Source of the DNA: Aplysia californica
Taxonomy: Eukaryota
Length of the DNA stretch: 58,870 nt
Direction: 5' to 3'
NCBI RefSeq assembly: GCF_000002075.1
Contig: NW_004797280.1
Coordinates: 2,084,592-2,143,461 of the forward strand
In this document: piece by piece, positions 25,420-39,175 of the stretch
Layout of the letters: each line of letters starts with the position of its first letter
Numbering within the stretch: the stretch's first letter is position 1
Notes under the pieces: model-generated
Told to the model about the DNA's origin: nothing
The model's database searches: none
The model's input: the letters and a program-made list of their open reading frames with translations, nothing else
Program-made: the position numbers and the translations under genes

Positions 25420-26029
25420 ATTATATAGCTGTATGGACTAGCATGAGTAAAGATGAAATGAGTTATATTGTTATTGCCTTCATCATCTGAATTGAAGCTT
25501 CATGTCCTGGAGTTTGTCGGATTGAAGTCATTTTCTTACTAATTATTTGCCAATGCACTTCTGAGATGATGTAAACATGGTTTCAGTTTCAGAAAAATTA
25601 CATATTTTTGCTCATAATGATAGAAAATGTCCCCAAAAATGTAAATATGATTGGCAGAATATTACTCTCAGCGTATGTACAGATGAAATGTGTTTTATAG
25701 GGGTATGAAAGTGTCAAGGTGTTCACATTTGTCTGTCTCATGTGCATTAACAAGACTAATATCAAAAGGGATTTTAGGGCAGGTCTGTTGGTGGCTATCT
25801 AGGTGTTTTGGTGTAATACATTCCTTCTATTTTGTATTCAGTATTGTAAGTGACCCTAGTGTGATTAATGGTTCATACTTTACCTGCAACTTTTCTATCA
25901 ATAGTGCGGTAAGGCCTAATAGTTGAGTAGCTTGCCATGGGCTTGCTTTCTGATAGTTTGCTTTTTTCTTTTTTAGTATTGTTAGTGTCTAGAGACCGTT
26001 TTCAGGCACTTCCGTACTGTAAGTAAAAT

Positions 26030-26100
26030 GAGATAATTATAATAGATTGTTTTTATATAGCGCTCTATCCCATACTAGTATAAGCTCTGAGTGCTTTACA
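26030..26100 (-). mobile_element. L2-like LINE/SINE 3' tail (a second copy lies on + at about 488-535)
   Basis: Reverse complement tgtaaagcactcagagcttatactagtatgggatagagcgctatataaa, a typical L2-type tail. Confidence 0.55.
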
Positions 26101-27781
26101 TCAGCTGAGCTGAGATGAATGTACCCCAAAACTAGTAAAGTTCAAAAAGCTTTTATCTTATCCGAGCTTGAATGGGATACTTGATTGTTAGCAGTTAGCA
26201 GTTAGGGTAGAAGTCACATAAAAGATGTTGACATCTGTACTTTTTTTTTTTACTTGGGGTTTGATACGGGACTGTACTTTTGACCTTTTGGGACTTGTGA
26301 CCTCTGCATTATTTTGTTAAATAAATCTTTGTGGAAGAAAGAGGATTGTTCTTTTTCATTATTCTTCCTCAACTCTCCTCTATCCAGTTTCTCATCATAT
26401 AACCAGTACAGAATGTAAACCTTTTCACCAACTCTCCCACCACCGCCTCAAATAAGTACCGAGATATTGACTGTGTCTTTCTTTATCAAGCAAGACATGC
26501 TTGGCCACTGCAACCTGTACAATATAAATGGTAGATTTGTCTGATGTTTCAGAAAGTGTCTGGAAATAGGGCAATATGCATGATACTTTGTGTTTGTAAA
26601 TAGTTAATCTTTGCTATCATTCCTGTGCTACAGCTGTGAATTCTCATTGTATCATCTCAAAAGCTTTGTCATGATTCTGAGTGCCCATGTTTCTGGTAAA
26701 TTCCATCACTGTTGTCACTCCTCGAACTGTCCTTTTGGCTCAACTTGTATTTTTGCATGCACAGAGTGGTTAATGAGACATAGTGGGCTCTTTTTCTGAC
26801 GGTTCACAAACTCATAGTCTAGTGTAGAAACTCTATTTACTCATTTTGAATTTTACTTCAACTTGAGGAAAGGGGAGTGTAAAATGTAATGGCTCTGATC
26901 GAAATATGGAATGATGACTTTTACAGCGCTATATTTGTCCGTTCATTTGCTAGAAAATGCTGGAGCGAAAGTTTGTGTTCCTTTTTCCTTAAGATCAGTT
27001 TATTAATTCACGTTTCTTTCACTCATGAACAGTTGTAGTGAATTTGGTCACAGTGCAGTGTTAAGTTGATGAATGCAGGAATTGAATTTAGTGTCAAAGC
27101 ATGGCCTCTGGTTGCACAGTGCACCTTTGGAATTAAATTGAAATATCATCTTCTTACTATAGCTAAAGAACTTCACTCCAGCGTAGGAACCATCACTGTC
27201 ATCTCTCTTTCAAGTCCTATGTTTAAGTTTAAGTCCTCCTTTTCACTGTTTGTTCAGTTCCTTTCCATATATATTCTATGTAGCCAATAATATGATTCCA
27301 TTTCGTTATTGAATGTAACGGCCAATACATGATTTTGAAACCTATTTGATCTTCTGATTGTTCTAGTAAAGTTGAGTTACAGTTTCAGTTCCTAAGGAAA
27401 CTTACACACCAGATTTCATGATCTGGCGTGTCTGTGCCATGAGATGAGACTGACTTAATTGTTCAAATTGTTACTTGTGCACACTCCTTCTTGCAGACTC
27501 TTTAGAAGTATGAGCATACTCCCTCCAACCTTTGAAACATTATTTCTAACTCATGCTTATCTTTTGTCCAATTAATTATTTTTTGGTTCTTAAAGTATCT
27601 CTTCCCCAAGGGTTGGTTGGAGAGTATTGCTCTTGGATACTTTTCATCTATCTACCAACTTGCATTTTTATTGCGTTATACAACTGTCAATCTGGAGAAA
27701 AAAAAAGCTGTTTTCAAATTTGTTCCACCCTTTCTCTTTTGACTATGTTGCTCTGTGCTTACTTCAAGCAAAGATAGTAAA

Positions 27782-28251
27782 TAACAAGATGGGCCACTCA
27801 GCCAAAAAAGTGTCCGCAGGAAGTATGCTCTTTGCTTCAGATGGCGCTGCAGTCTGTTTTGAAGCTCTCTTTCGTTTTTCCAGAAGAAGAATAGGAATAG
27901 CACCTCCTTGCGTGCGCAGATCGACTGCTGTTCATCAGTAGTTCGGGTTCGTTCAGTACGGAGTATTAGTTTTTAAAAATTTTAATGACCTCTCGCCTTT
28001 CATTCTAAAGTCAAAATACTCGAAGAAAACAATCACCCTCTCCTCCGGAAGAGGTTTTTTTGTCGGCGTAACCATTTTAAAAAAGCGTTCTTCCGAAATT
28101 CATTCAAAAACTTGCTAGTTTCACTTTGATTTTTTATAACTCAAGCAGGATTACTCTGTTTGCTAAAGGTGCGCTTTTACGAAGAGGGCGCCACCGAATT
28201 TTGAGGACACTTTTTTAATTGGCTCAAAGAGAGAAGTGGCCCCTCTTGTTA
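27782..28251. mobile_element. Tc1/mariner-like MITE
   Basis: TAACAAGATGGGCCACT...AGTGGCCCCTCTTGTTA inverted ends, plus subterminal aaaaaagtgtcc/ggacactttttt. Confidence 0.75.
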
Positions 28252-29683
28252 TGTAGACTCTTTGCTTCAAGTAACTAGAGCACAGATAATGCTCCTTTGA
28301 TCTTGTGAAAGCAAATACATTAGCATAAGTTGTTAAGTCCTATATGTCAAAATGATATATCTACTTAAGTCGAATTTTTAAAAGTTTTCTTGGAAAAGAT
28401 ATAGCCAACAGATTTTTCTTTTACAGATTATTTCTTTATTTGGCCTTTTTTCTCTGACAGATTTGAGAATGGCATTGACTGCTCTTTTACATTTCCCCAT
28501 TTGCAGACAGCTTTGAGTTTGAGTGCCCGCAAATTATGCAAATTATTTCTCACAGCTGCTTCAAGTGCCTCAAAGCTTCTGTCTCTTGGATTTATGTTAC
28601 ATAGGAAGGACCAATCTTATAAGAAAAAAAGATATTCAAAAGTGTTCTAATCAGCTGCGACATTTCACTTCTAATTTGGTGTATTGAGATCATTTATGTT
28701 GTTTTAATTTATGTCATATGTAATCTAGTCATGCACCCATTATAATTTTTAGCCTTGTTTCTACTTTCCTTTTGCTAATACACATTCAGTTCAAATTATG
28801 AAGTCACATAGACTTCATTTGTACCCTGAACTTTAGGAATATTTGCTTTTGATGTGAAACAAAACCCATAGGATTGTGAATGTGGATTCGGCTGCATGGT
28901 CAGCCTTGAAGTCTCAAGTCTTTAGACGGAACGGATGTAGAAAAGTTATTGTTTGGTTGCTTGAAATTATAGATGTGTTCTGTCATCCTTATTACTGTAT
29001 TATTTGTCAAATGGAAAATCAAACTATCGGTTTCAGTTGTATTGTGTGTGATTTCAACGTGATTAATGCAGCGCTCAGAATGACAGCTGAATAAATTATT
29101 CTAACAATTACACTGTAAGTAGAATTAGTATTTGGTTTGCCTCTTAGTATGTATATTTTAAGAAGACAAGTTCTGTAAAAAAAAATTTGAGAAAAAGGTG
29201 TTCCACATGGCAGACGGGTATAACCGCTAAAGCTTACTCAAAAAGATGTTCATACTTTCTTAGTTTGTGAGGAAATAATTATGTAAGTTTACAGTATGTT
29301 TTTATGTCTACACCTGTCACGAGGGTGTTTGTCATTAGGAAATACTTAAACAATCCGTCTGAGCTAATGAAGTACAGACTTTGTGAGAACTGATCTTTTC
29401 TCTGTTTTTGTTTTGTTTCTGTTGAGGTGAAGTATTACGTCTTGTCGTTTAAACTGGTGTAGTCTTTGATGCTAAATGATTCTAAATGTACATGCAGATA
29501 TCTATTTATTTACACGCTTCAGCAGAAATTGTTTTTTCTTGCCAGATATATGCTTTCAGGCAAGTTACATCTATGTGTTATGCCATGTCCTAAATAATGC
29601 ATTTGTGCATTTAAGTTGTATGAGTTTCATCTTTATATCATGTTCGTGTGTGGAGACGAATCTTGAAGCATTTTTGTTCTTAA

Positions 29684-30145
29684 CTCACTGAATCCTGAGC
29701 CCCGTTATTCACTGGCTCCTGGGAAAAGAGGTGCTTTTTACAAATAATATTTCAGACACACTGTTAAAAATGGGATATAGACAAGAGATACATATTTACA
29801 TATCTATCATGGTTTTGTTTGCATGGAGGTTTGAAAAAATGGGGGGGAAAGGCAGAAAATATCTTATGCTATTTAACAACACAAAATGGAACGGAGCTAC
29901 CGGAAAGTGGCTACAGGTTAAGAAATTCATAGAAAATATCTTTCACTGCACTGAGGAGTTTTTTTTACTAAAAAGAGGATAAAGAAGAATGAAGAGATGG
30001 CTGGCCCTATCTACTTTTATAGCATAGGCCGCTGTGCATAGTATTGGAAGAAAAACATAAAGTTTAAAGAGCCCATTTGCATTAAAAGGAATTGTGTCTG
30101 TAAATAGGAAAATTTCTCACTGGTGTGATGAACGGATTCAGCAAG
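29684..30145. mobile_element. TTAA-type MITE
   Basis: TTAA|CTCACTGAATCC...GGATTCAGCAAG|TTAT; a similar left end occurs at about 53553. Confidence 0.5.
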
Positions 30146-32833
30146 TTATGAGTCTTGTTTCATCAGCAGTTTGTGTGCACAGAGTTTGTTCTTGGTGTTA
30201 AGTTGACTTTTACTATAACGTTGTTCCCGTGAAGAATTTAGTGCTTATCAATAGTTTTCATTTTTCCTGCCAACTCTTGACTGATATGAGCATTCATAAA
30301 AAGTAAGAGTATTTTTATTTGTTCTTTATAAGTTTGAATAAAAATTGTGTTGATTTAAATATAAGCAAAGTAGAGTTGTTCTCTTTTTAAGACTTGACAG
30401 GTCTCTTGAGTCTCACACCAGATGCCTTGGAATTGTATGGCAAACAAAATCGGTTAGTGAATCTTGATACTGTATATATTTCTTATGCAAAGTTTTCCCC
30501 TTGAACTGTTGAATTTTTTGGGAATGAGGAGCTTGATGATGTAGCCTACTACATAAAGCCACTGCTTGTGTGACAACTTGACAATGTGAGCATGGCATGA
30601 GGTGCGTGCTTGAAGTTCACCCTGTTGACTAATGTACCTTCTTGTTCTCTCCTCACATTCGTTCTGGTACATTTGTTATTGTTTTACTATCTGAGCACGC
30701 AAGGTTTCAATTTTCAATAAACACATTAGCAATATAACTTGATCTAAGCATGTTTATTGTGATGATGTTTGTGGGGACCATGAATGCTCTCTTTGTGAGA
30801 GCGTCATATTGTTATGGGGCATGTATTTATGTTTTCATTTAGCATCAGCAGTTCTTTTTGTAGAGAGGCATCTTTGTTCTTATTTTAGTTCCCCCCCCCC
30901 CCTTCATAATCTCAAATTTGACTCGCAGAGACTTTACTTTTCAGATTCTTTGACTTTTCATTTTTATCTTCAAAGACAGTGGAAGAAAGTGTGTCTACTT
31001 TAACTTATTATAAAATCTCTTCCCATGATCAACAGTTACTGGTTTTAGTATTCTTTTTGAGTGTTAAGATTTACTTTTATAGTGTTAGAGACGAAAAAGG
31101 AAGGTCTCCATCTTCAAATTATGTTTCAGATTGCAAAACTCTTCCAGCTCCAGTCTTAATTTGGAAAGCATTTACAAAATGATTGACTCATACTTTTAAA
31201 CAAGCACAGTGTATCCCGGTATGTTATGTTAGGTAGAAACATTAAGAAAACCTGGTCTTGCTCTTTGCAATCCTTCTGCCTGTATGGCTTCAACTTGTGC
31301 ATTGTGTAGATAGGCGGGTCTTAAAAGTTGCACGCAAAGCTGCAGTTATTGTCAGTGATGCCTTATCCTTGTCGATTTGCTGTAATCTGATGCTGGTCAT
31401 TTTTGTCAAGGCATGTGTGTAAAAATGTATTTTTCACTTGGTGGGGGTGTGTTCTGATTTTACAGAGAAGCCAGAACTTTGGCAACATATTTGTTTCTTT
31501 TCTTTTTTTTTTTTTTTGCAATTGGGAATTCTGTTGATTTTGGTGTCTGTATTTTTTCTTTGGGTTCCTTTTCATTTCCAATTTGATATAGTGACGTTTT
31601 GGTGTGGCATGTCAACAAATGTAACGACAGCTGTAAGGCTGACCTCCTTGTTCCTTGATATAAGTATTATAAGAATGTCAAATGGTATAATAATAGAGGG
31701 CTGTCAGCTTTATTTTTCTCACCTATGCCCATTTTCTGTCCCCCAGATTGGATACCCTCTCATCCTTGTCTGAATTTTCCTACATGTAGCTTACCATTCA
31801 TTTTCCCGTCATTTCACCTTCAACCGTGTGAATTTTGTCCCCACTATTATCACATGTGTGTTGCTCGGTTCTCCTTTCTAGGTCAACTACAAGTACAAAT
31901 CTGTAATTGCCAAGCCCACATGTGTAGAAGACTATAAAGTCCTTTCCATCATAATTAATTTAATAAAATGCAAATTGAGTAAATATATAATGTGTCTTAC
32001 CACTTGACTGTGGCCTGACAAGCGAAAATTGTTGTGTTCTTTGACTTCTTAAATGGATACCTTGATGGTTTTAAAGTGAGGAAACCTGACAGAGCAGCAG
32101 TTGGCCTTCTAAGCTCATGAAGTCTTGAGGATTACATATCTGATTGGTGTTCAGACTTAACTTTTTTTTTAGAAAGGGACACAAATTATGTCATTTTATT
32201 TTACTGAAGTGAATAATTAGATGATTTTCTTCATGTTTTTCTATGAAGTAGCTGAGTAAATAAAGAATTATTTCTATTGTAGTTTGTCAACATTTTGTTC
32301 TTTTTTTCCGTTCACTATTTGTCTTTACGCCTGATCTTCAGTAACCCTATTGGCATGGGGTACTAAAAGTTTGACGTGATCTTCAATTGCTCAACTGAAA
32401 TACATGTTCTTTGAATAGTCTGAAGTTTAATGGCTGTTCAAGCCACACATAGCCTAGGGTATATAAAAAAATTATGTTTCTTTACCAACAGAGTTACCAT
32501 CCGAGTTGTCCTTGCCATCAGAACGTTTTGAAAGGAAAGATAGTACCATGAGACCTACAAATATTTTAAAGTGTAAACTAAAAACAAAGTTCATGATTGA
32601 TACTCATTCAATCCTGTCAGGAGGCCTATACCGAATTGGTCTTTTTTCTCTCATCAATCGTTTTTTGTTAGGTTTTTATTTACACCATAGCACCAATCAA
32701 GTATTCATTTTGTTAGGAAATGGAAAAAGTACTTTGCATGAGACTGAAGAATTCTCCAAGCAGTATCCAATGTACTATTTCATACCAGGTGAATAACGGT
32801 AAAATGTTTTGTATAGTAATAGCCTGGAAAATA

Positions 32834-33427
32834 TGTGAGGCAGCGTGGTGAAATCCGGCGCTCATCAAAACGATGGAATCAAAGACACAGGTATTTTTCT
32901 GGGAGTTACGCACTTTTAAAATTTTTTTCGTGTTTTGGCTCAACACCTTTTATGTCTGTTTTAAAACGCGTTTTTGTGTGGATGTCACTGAAAAACGCAT
33001 AAAAAATGTAAATTTCCAGTTTCCAACGACACTCAAGCTTTGAAAGTTGCCAAACTTTGGCGTGGGTGGTTGGTGGGTGCTCTGGTGTGGTTTGCTCCTT
33101 CTGTCCTATCAAACGTCTGTCATCCTTATCTCCCCTCCTTCTTTTTTATGTATGTTACTCTCTTGTAACACATCTATTCTTCGGCACTTGTGTTGCAAGT
33201 GCTGTAAAACTCAAACTAAAACTTAAACTTTCTCGCTAATTTTACCTCACATACTAGGTGATCCCCACATCCTTCAATCGCAAATATCTTGAGATATTCA
33301 AAATAGGTAGGGGTTTGGGGGGTTTTTTTTGGCCAAATGCAAGACAAATAGACAAGATTAAAGAAAATATTAATACATAACTCTATATGCCCAAAAATTT
33401 ATGGGCGCCTGATTCCACCGTGTTGTG

Positions 33428-33431
<4 letters not shown>
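32834..33431. mobile_element. MITE of the TGTGAGGCAGCG family, inverted relative to 24984-25419
   Basis: tgtgaggcagcgtggtgaaatcc...cctgattccaccgtgttgtgaca; internal similarity to copy 1. Confidence 0.75.

Positions 33432-33503
<72 letters not shown>
33428..33503. repeat. (CA)n(TA)n microsatellite
   Basis: Directly visible. Confidence 0.95.
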
Positions 33504-33511
<8 letters not shown>

Positions 33512-34164
33512 TCTACTAAGAAAGCTTTTAACTGTGCAGGATCCTGACTTTTTGTTAAAATCACACTCAAGGCCAAAAGAAGAGCTAAACCACTGATCCC
33601 GTGACCTTCGACTTGAATATAATTACAAACATTTAATTTCTAACATTTTAAGTGAACTGAGAACAATAATACTATACTCAGATCTTAGTTCATTGAGAAA
33701 CATCCTTACTCCAAAAAATGTTGGGACACCATTCATACCTTGCCAAGGTAGAAGGATGTAATTAATCTGCAAACTGTTGACACAATAAAGAACATCAGCA
33801 ACAGATCTTATCACTTTCCCTAATGCTCGAAACAAGAGAGTTGTACTTGTGAGGTAAATATTTTTAAAGGAGTTTGACAATATCAGGCGCAGGCATGAGG
33901 TCAACGAGATCTGCACGTGTGAACACAATAATGTAATGCAAGTGTGGAGTGTGGAGAGGGCAAAGTGGAAAGGTGAGGGGAGGGGGGATATTCACTTCTC
34001 AATATCTTTGACTTTGTTGACTGTGACTGAAGCTGAATTTTGAATAGATTACACTTTTGAAACTTGGAGCTTCTTGCAGTTGCACATAGGTCAAGTTCAT
34101 AAACCAAAGCCTGGACAAGGATGGGCACAAAGCTGTCTTCTCACTCAGCCTCTTTGTACATGTA

Positions 34165-34953
34165 CAGTAGAACTCGGATTCAACGAGGTCGCCGGGCCTG
34201 GCCTAAAACCTCGTTGAATCCGAGTGTTCCTTATAGCAAACATGAGGTTTTGTGTACATAATTAGATCTACAGGCACTGAGCAAACAAGTAGTGCCTGAA
34301 ATGCCTGCATATTATGAGCTGTGCAAAAGTAAAAGACCGATTCGTTCAAATGCACACGCCTGTGTCTTCTCGATTGTTCACCAAAAAGTTGTGTTGCTGT
34401 GAAGAGCCTAGCATACGGCAACTTTTGATTCCATAGACCAGCGCACAATTCATTACGTAGATCAACGTCAAGACTAGGCTAGCTTATCCTTGTAATAATT
34501 ATCAGTTGCCTAGGGAATAAAAGACTGACGTGTTTGTATCTGCGACGTTCATCTCCCGGATCGCTAGTGCCCTCCCTCCCCGACACGCACACAGAGCCAC
34601 ACGTGTGCAGGCCGCCCATCCAACCCCGACACACACCAGAGTAGACACGTGCGCGAGCCAACAACGCATGTGTTGGTATGAAAAAAGGCCGCTGGTGGGT
34701 CGCATGCAAACGGTTAAGTGTATAATGGTTCACGATGCAGGTGCAATGTATGGTTTCCAGGAATAGATAAAGTTCGTTGTGGGAGAAAAAAAAGCGAAGC
34801 CACGTCTGCGGGGGCTGTTCACCCTGGAAACGAGCTCGCTGATTTAAGTGCTCGTTGAATCCGGGTTGTTTTTATTGATTTTAAAGAAGAATAAAAACGG
34901 GAATCTATCTCATCTCGTTGAATCCGAGTTCTCGTTGAAACCGAGTTCCACTG
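34165..34953. mobile_element. pogo/Tigger-type MITE, family B, copy 1
   Basis: TA|CAGTAGAACTCGGATTCAACGAG...CTCGTTGAAACCGAGTTCCACTG|TA; homologous over its length to 45694-46479. Confidence 0.9.
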
Positions 34954-35362
34954 TACTGAGTTGGAACTCTCATGGGTTTCTCAGCCTTGAGAAAAGCTGG
35001 ATATATCCTTTGCCTCATGTCAAAATACCTGGTTGAAGCAGGCATGGAAGATAGGATAGCAGTTTTAAATCATCTCACACCCTTGATTCAAATGGGTAGA
35101 TATGAATTTTATAAAATACCCCCAGTGTCTATGTGACCCATGATTTACACATGGGAGTTAAAGAATGGCAAACCTGTCTGGATTGACAGTAAGGGCGAAA
35201 TTCAAAACAAAAATCTATAACTATAAATTATAAATAATTCCAAAGGAAATCCCCTAAAATAGCAACGTTCCACATAAATAAAAGTAAGGAGACTAAATAT
35301 GTGGTCCAACAGGAAACTAGGTTGTGCACGTTAAAAAAATTCCTCTGTTAGTGGAAGAAAGA

Positions 35363-38300
35363 TAAGGGTAGACCCTAAAAAGATTGCATCAAAAATGAAA
35401 CTTAATGGTTCGACAGATAAAATTGCGTGTAATAACATATTAAAAATCGGCATTCGAAATCGTGGAGGAAATTGTTTTAAAAAGCGTTAAAAAGTTGTCA
35501 AAGGCAAAATTTGTATTACGACCTAATCGGTTTACCATACTTGCTTTGACATGAGAATGTTTACGTAATTTGTACTGATATTCTCGAAAATTATGTTATC
35601 GCCATAGGTATCAGAGCTTTTTATGTAAAAAAAATATGGGAAGCCGTTTTCTCACATCCTCACCCTGAGCTTTTCAGTGGATGTTTGAAAACTGTGTAAT
35701 TTCCCTCTAAAGAATCCCCCCTTGTGCAATTGACATAACAAGGTGTGAATGGTATTCTGGCCGTTGTACAACATAAAAGGAACCATATAGATGGGACCAA
35801 GTGCACATTTCGTATCACCGATCTTAAATAAGTTCAAAATCTTTTTGCAAAACATAGAAAGACTAGTCACAGTCCAGGAAGCTTAGGAGGCTGAAACGCA
35901 AACTTCGGTTAAGTCTCCAAGAGTTTCTATTTAGCACCCGCTGATTGTTTAAGGTCTGAAAAGAAAACTTTGCAGTCAAGCAAAGTCATAGAGACCTATA
36001 ATGTTATTCGCGTGTGAACCGAAACCCAAAGTCAGGACACAATAAAGAAAGTACGAACGGACAACGACTGTTCTTTGTTGTTTTTTATTCGGTTGCGACT
36101 TCAAAATTTTCAAGCAGCCACCATGTTCTGTTACATTAGAAGTTGCATCTTTTTTTTAAAAAGGACATCATTTTCATTGAGACCTCAAGATGTTTTAAAG
36201 ATAGATGCCGTTCATTATGTTGTATCCTGTTAGAAGACAAATTAATTTGAGCAGATCAACATAATATTATTCGTAATCTGATGACCATTTTGGAAGACCA
36301 TCTGCGTGAGGTGAAGGGCACAGTACATTATATTATGGACCACAGTACCCGGAAAAGAAAAACTGATGGGGTGCAAGGGAAAGTATAACGTAATGAAAGG
36401 CGGATGTTGATGGGGAGTAGGTGTTGCTACATTTCAGTAATCGGCTTCTTCAATTATACGAATGCGAGAATTTTATGAAACACCAAATAAAGGGCTTTGA
36501 GTAGGATGCCAGGCAGAAGCAAATTGTCTAGGCAGCTCGTCAATTGATCAAAAATCTACATTTGAAAAAGAAGTCTATCCATCAGTAAATCTTATTGGAT
36601 ATATTAATGGAGAAGAACACGTGCTAACTTGGTGGCCTCTTTGTGCTGTTTCTTGAAACTGTCAATATGTACTACAATCCACATATATGAAAATAGTTGC
36701 CAGCTGACCGAGATCTTTTTGCTCCCTTCCTTGTAGTTTGTAGGAAATTGTGTATTTTTCTATTGCCACTTCTCCTCAAAACTCAAGGAACTCAAGGCCT
36801 CTTGTGAACTCACTGAACGCACTCGGACTCTGCTCCCAATACCGAGAGGCTCAAAGATATAACTTGAATGCTGCTGTTGGGTCTCTCACTGGAAATATTC
36901 TCGACTATAGCACACAGCTGTACATGTAGCCTACTGTTTGAGGCATTCAACTTTGACCACACTACCAGGACTCCAGATGGAGAAAGGACATTTCATGGCA
37001 TGGGGGTTACAGCAGCGCTCATACCTACTCATCTGAAGAAAACGTTCATACCCCGGTAATCAGTGTAAAACTCCATCACATTCCAGGTGGTTCTATATAG
37101 GGGAGCCTCTGGGAGCGCGAAGACTAGGATACAACAGAGTATCATTCTTTCTTTAAGAGAGTTTCTTGAAATCTATCAGTGCTCTTTCAGATGATATTTT
37201 TCAGCCACAGTGCTGGGACTGGAAACTTGACTCTGGTAAACTCTTTTCAATTCATAAGGACAACAAAATCAATGCCACGCGTACGTCTCCAAAACTGAGT
37301 GATATTTATATATGTAAATTAGACAGTAGTTCAATGAAATGCACCTGCAAGAAAAAGGAACGAGATTGCTCTCCGGCCTACATTTTTTTCCTTCTTCTTC
37401 TTTCTCTGCCTCCTCCTCTTCTTCTCCCCCCCCCCTTGCTTTCTCTCATGTCAATTGCATCTCTTTGTAAATAGCTAGGCCTAGTTCTCGTAATTACTAG
37501 TATCGATTACTCCAAGAACATTACAGTGAAACCTGATATAACAGGGATGGTGGGAGTAGAGAAAATGTCCTGTTCTATCCGATCCCTGTTAAATCAGAAA
37601 TGCAAGGAAAGTAAGCATTTAGTGGACTAATCCAGCTGTACTTATTCATTGGTAGTTTCCCTTGCCACAAGTGCCCACGAACAGGGGTTTTGGGACCAAC
37701 TTTCTGATTTCCTTGCCTCTATAAACCACATCAGAAGAGCTTGGTCCACAGCATCTGCACCGGGTAGTCTCATCTTCTTTCGATTCAGGGCAAACTTTCC
37801 ATTGGAGTATGCTGCCACTATGTTCTCTCTATCCTTGATATTGGTGTGAATCGACCCTTGTGGAATGTCGAACTGACGACAAATCTCCGCCAGTGGAGCT
37901 TGCTTTTTGTCAACAGCCTGGATTATTTCTTTTTTTTTTGGTCAATTGAAAGGCATTATCTCTTGCGCTTGACATCGTTGGTGGCAGTAGACACATTACG
38001 AGTGCGTGCTGCTAGGTTTCGGGCTAGATCAAAGTCTGCAGCACGCCGCAGCCCTCTCTCGCTTCACACGCTGCGTGTGCTTGCAGTGGCATGGCTTGCA
38101 TGGGAATGCTCCATCACTGCGTCACTCTCTCTCTCTCTTACTTTTTACACATTGTTAACGAGCCTTTGTCCTTGCTATAACCGGTTGGGCTCCGGTGGGG
38201 TCCTGTTATGGCCGATAACTTTTAATAGAGACAAAGAGTAGGAAAAATCGGGGATTTAAAAAATCCCTGTTATTACCAGATCCCTGTTATTACCGGGCCT

Positions 38301-38637
38301 GATGGTTTCCACTGTACTACTCAAACTTTTTTGGCTCACCGTAAAAAATCTGAGGGCTTAGGACTCAAAGTCCTCCATTTCGGATAAGATAAATACTTTT
38401 TAAGGAACAGACTCCAGTGCAGTGGTGTAAGATTGGTGTGTTGTGAGATATTGCGTACGATTCTGATATTTTTTGGTATCAATATTAGACTATTTCGATA
38501 CTATACAATTAAACAGCATTTTAAACAAATTTCCTCCTTTCCGATTCATGCCAATTTTCAGTACGTTATCGAGGAAGGTTTTCTGGTTCTAATGACACCA
38601 AAATCATTTCCGTTGCATTTTTTTTTTTACCCCCATA
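35363..38637 (+). mobile_element. Internally deleted, decayed Academ-type DNA transposon
   Basis: Pseudo-coding fragments SRPLVNSLNALGLCSQYREAQRYNLNAA, FNFDHTTRTPDGERTFHGMGV, PQCWDWKLDSGKL and the Cys-rich end C.CKKKERDCS; long degenerate inverted ends; boundaries approximate. Confidence 0.6.
37524..38314 (-). mobile_element. Internally deleted pogo/Tigger transposon with a transposase N-terminal remnant (about 37690-37975)
   Basis: TA|CAGTGAAACC...GGTTTCCACTG|TA; minus strand reads KRKR*CLSIDQK/EIIQAVDKKQAPLAEICRQFDIPQGSIHTNIKDRE...RKKMRLPGADAVDQALLMWF (CENP-B-type HTH). Confidence 0.85.
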
Positions 38638-39092
38638 GTGTAATGCACAGCTAAAGTCATTCGCCTATATTGGTTGAAATCAACTATACCTGAAATAGGG
38701 AAAAAGCAGACAACTAATAATGTAGAAAGGGACTTGCATACTGCAGTCGAGCATGCACATAGCAAATCTTTTAATAATGATGTACGAATTTTGCTATGTT
38801 CGTGTTCTGAATACAAAGATAAGAATATATGTATAAGAAAAAATGTGAGACCTGAAAATCTGGTATATGCATGCTAGACTATAATATGATTGTTTCAAAT
38901 AACAAGGTGAAGAACAAAACATTTTATATCAAAGGACAGTAACAGAAGACCATCTTCCATATTTAATTGTTCAACAGTACAAGTATAAAGAACATAAAAA
39001 CGAACATAAGGCATTCGAATTAAAAACATGTGCATTGTTAATGAATAAACAAACAAACAAAACTGCACCTTAAAATATTCTAAATCATTTCA

Positions 39093-39175
39093 GGGGGGCT
39101 CTTGTGGTCAAGAGGTACAGTATTCACCTCTCATTCAATAAGTGAATAGGTCTCTGGTTCATAACCTGAGTTTTC
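39093..39175 (+). mobile_element. Degenerate tRNA-derived SINE head
   Basis: ggggggctcttgtggtcaagagg...ctctcattcaa...ggttcataacc. Confidence 0.5.

Noticed and set aside
33620-35150. Decayed coding-like sequence around the family-B MITE (possible LINE remnant)
   Set aside because: No diagnostic motif could be read with confidence.
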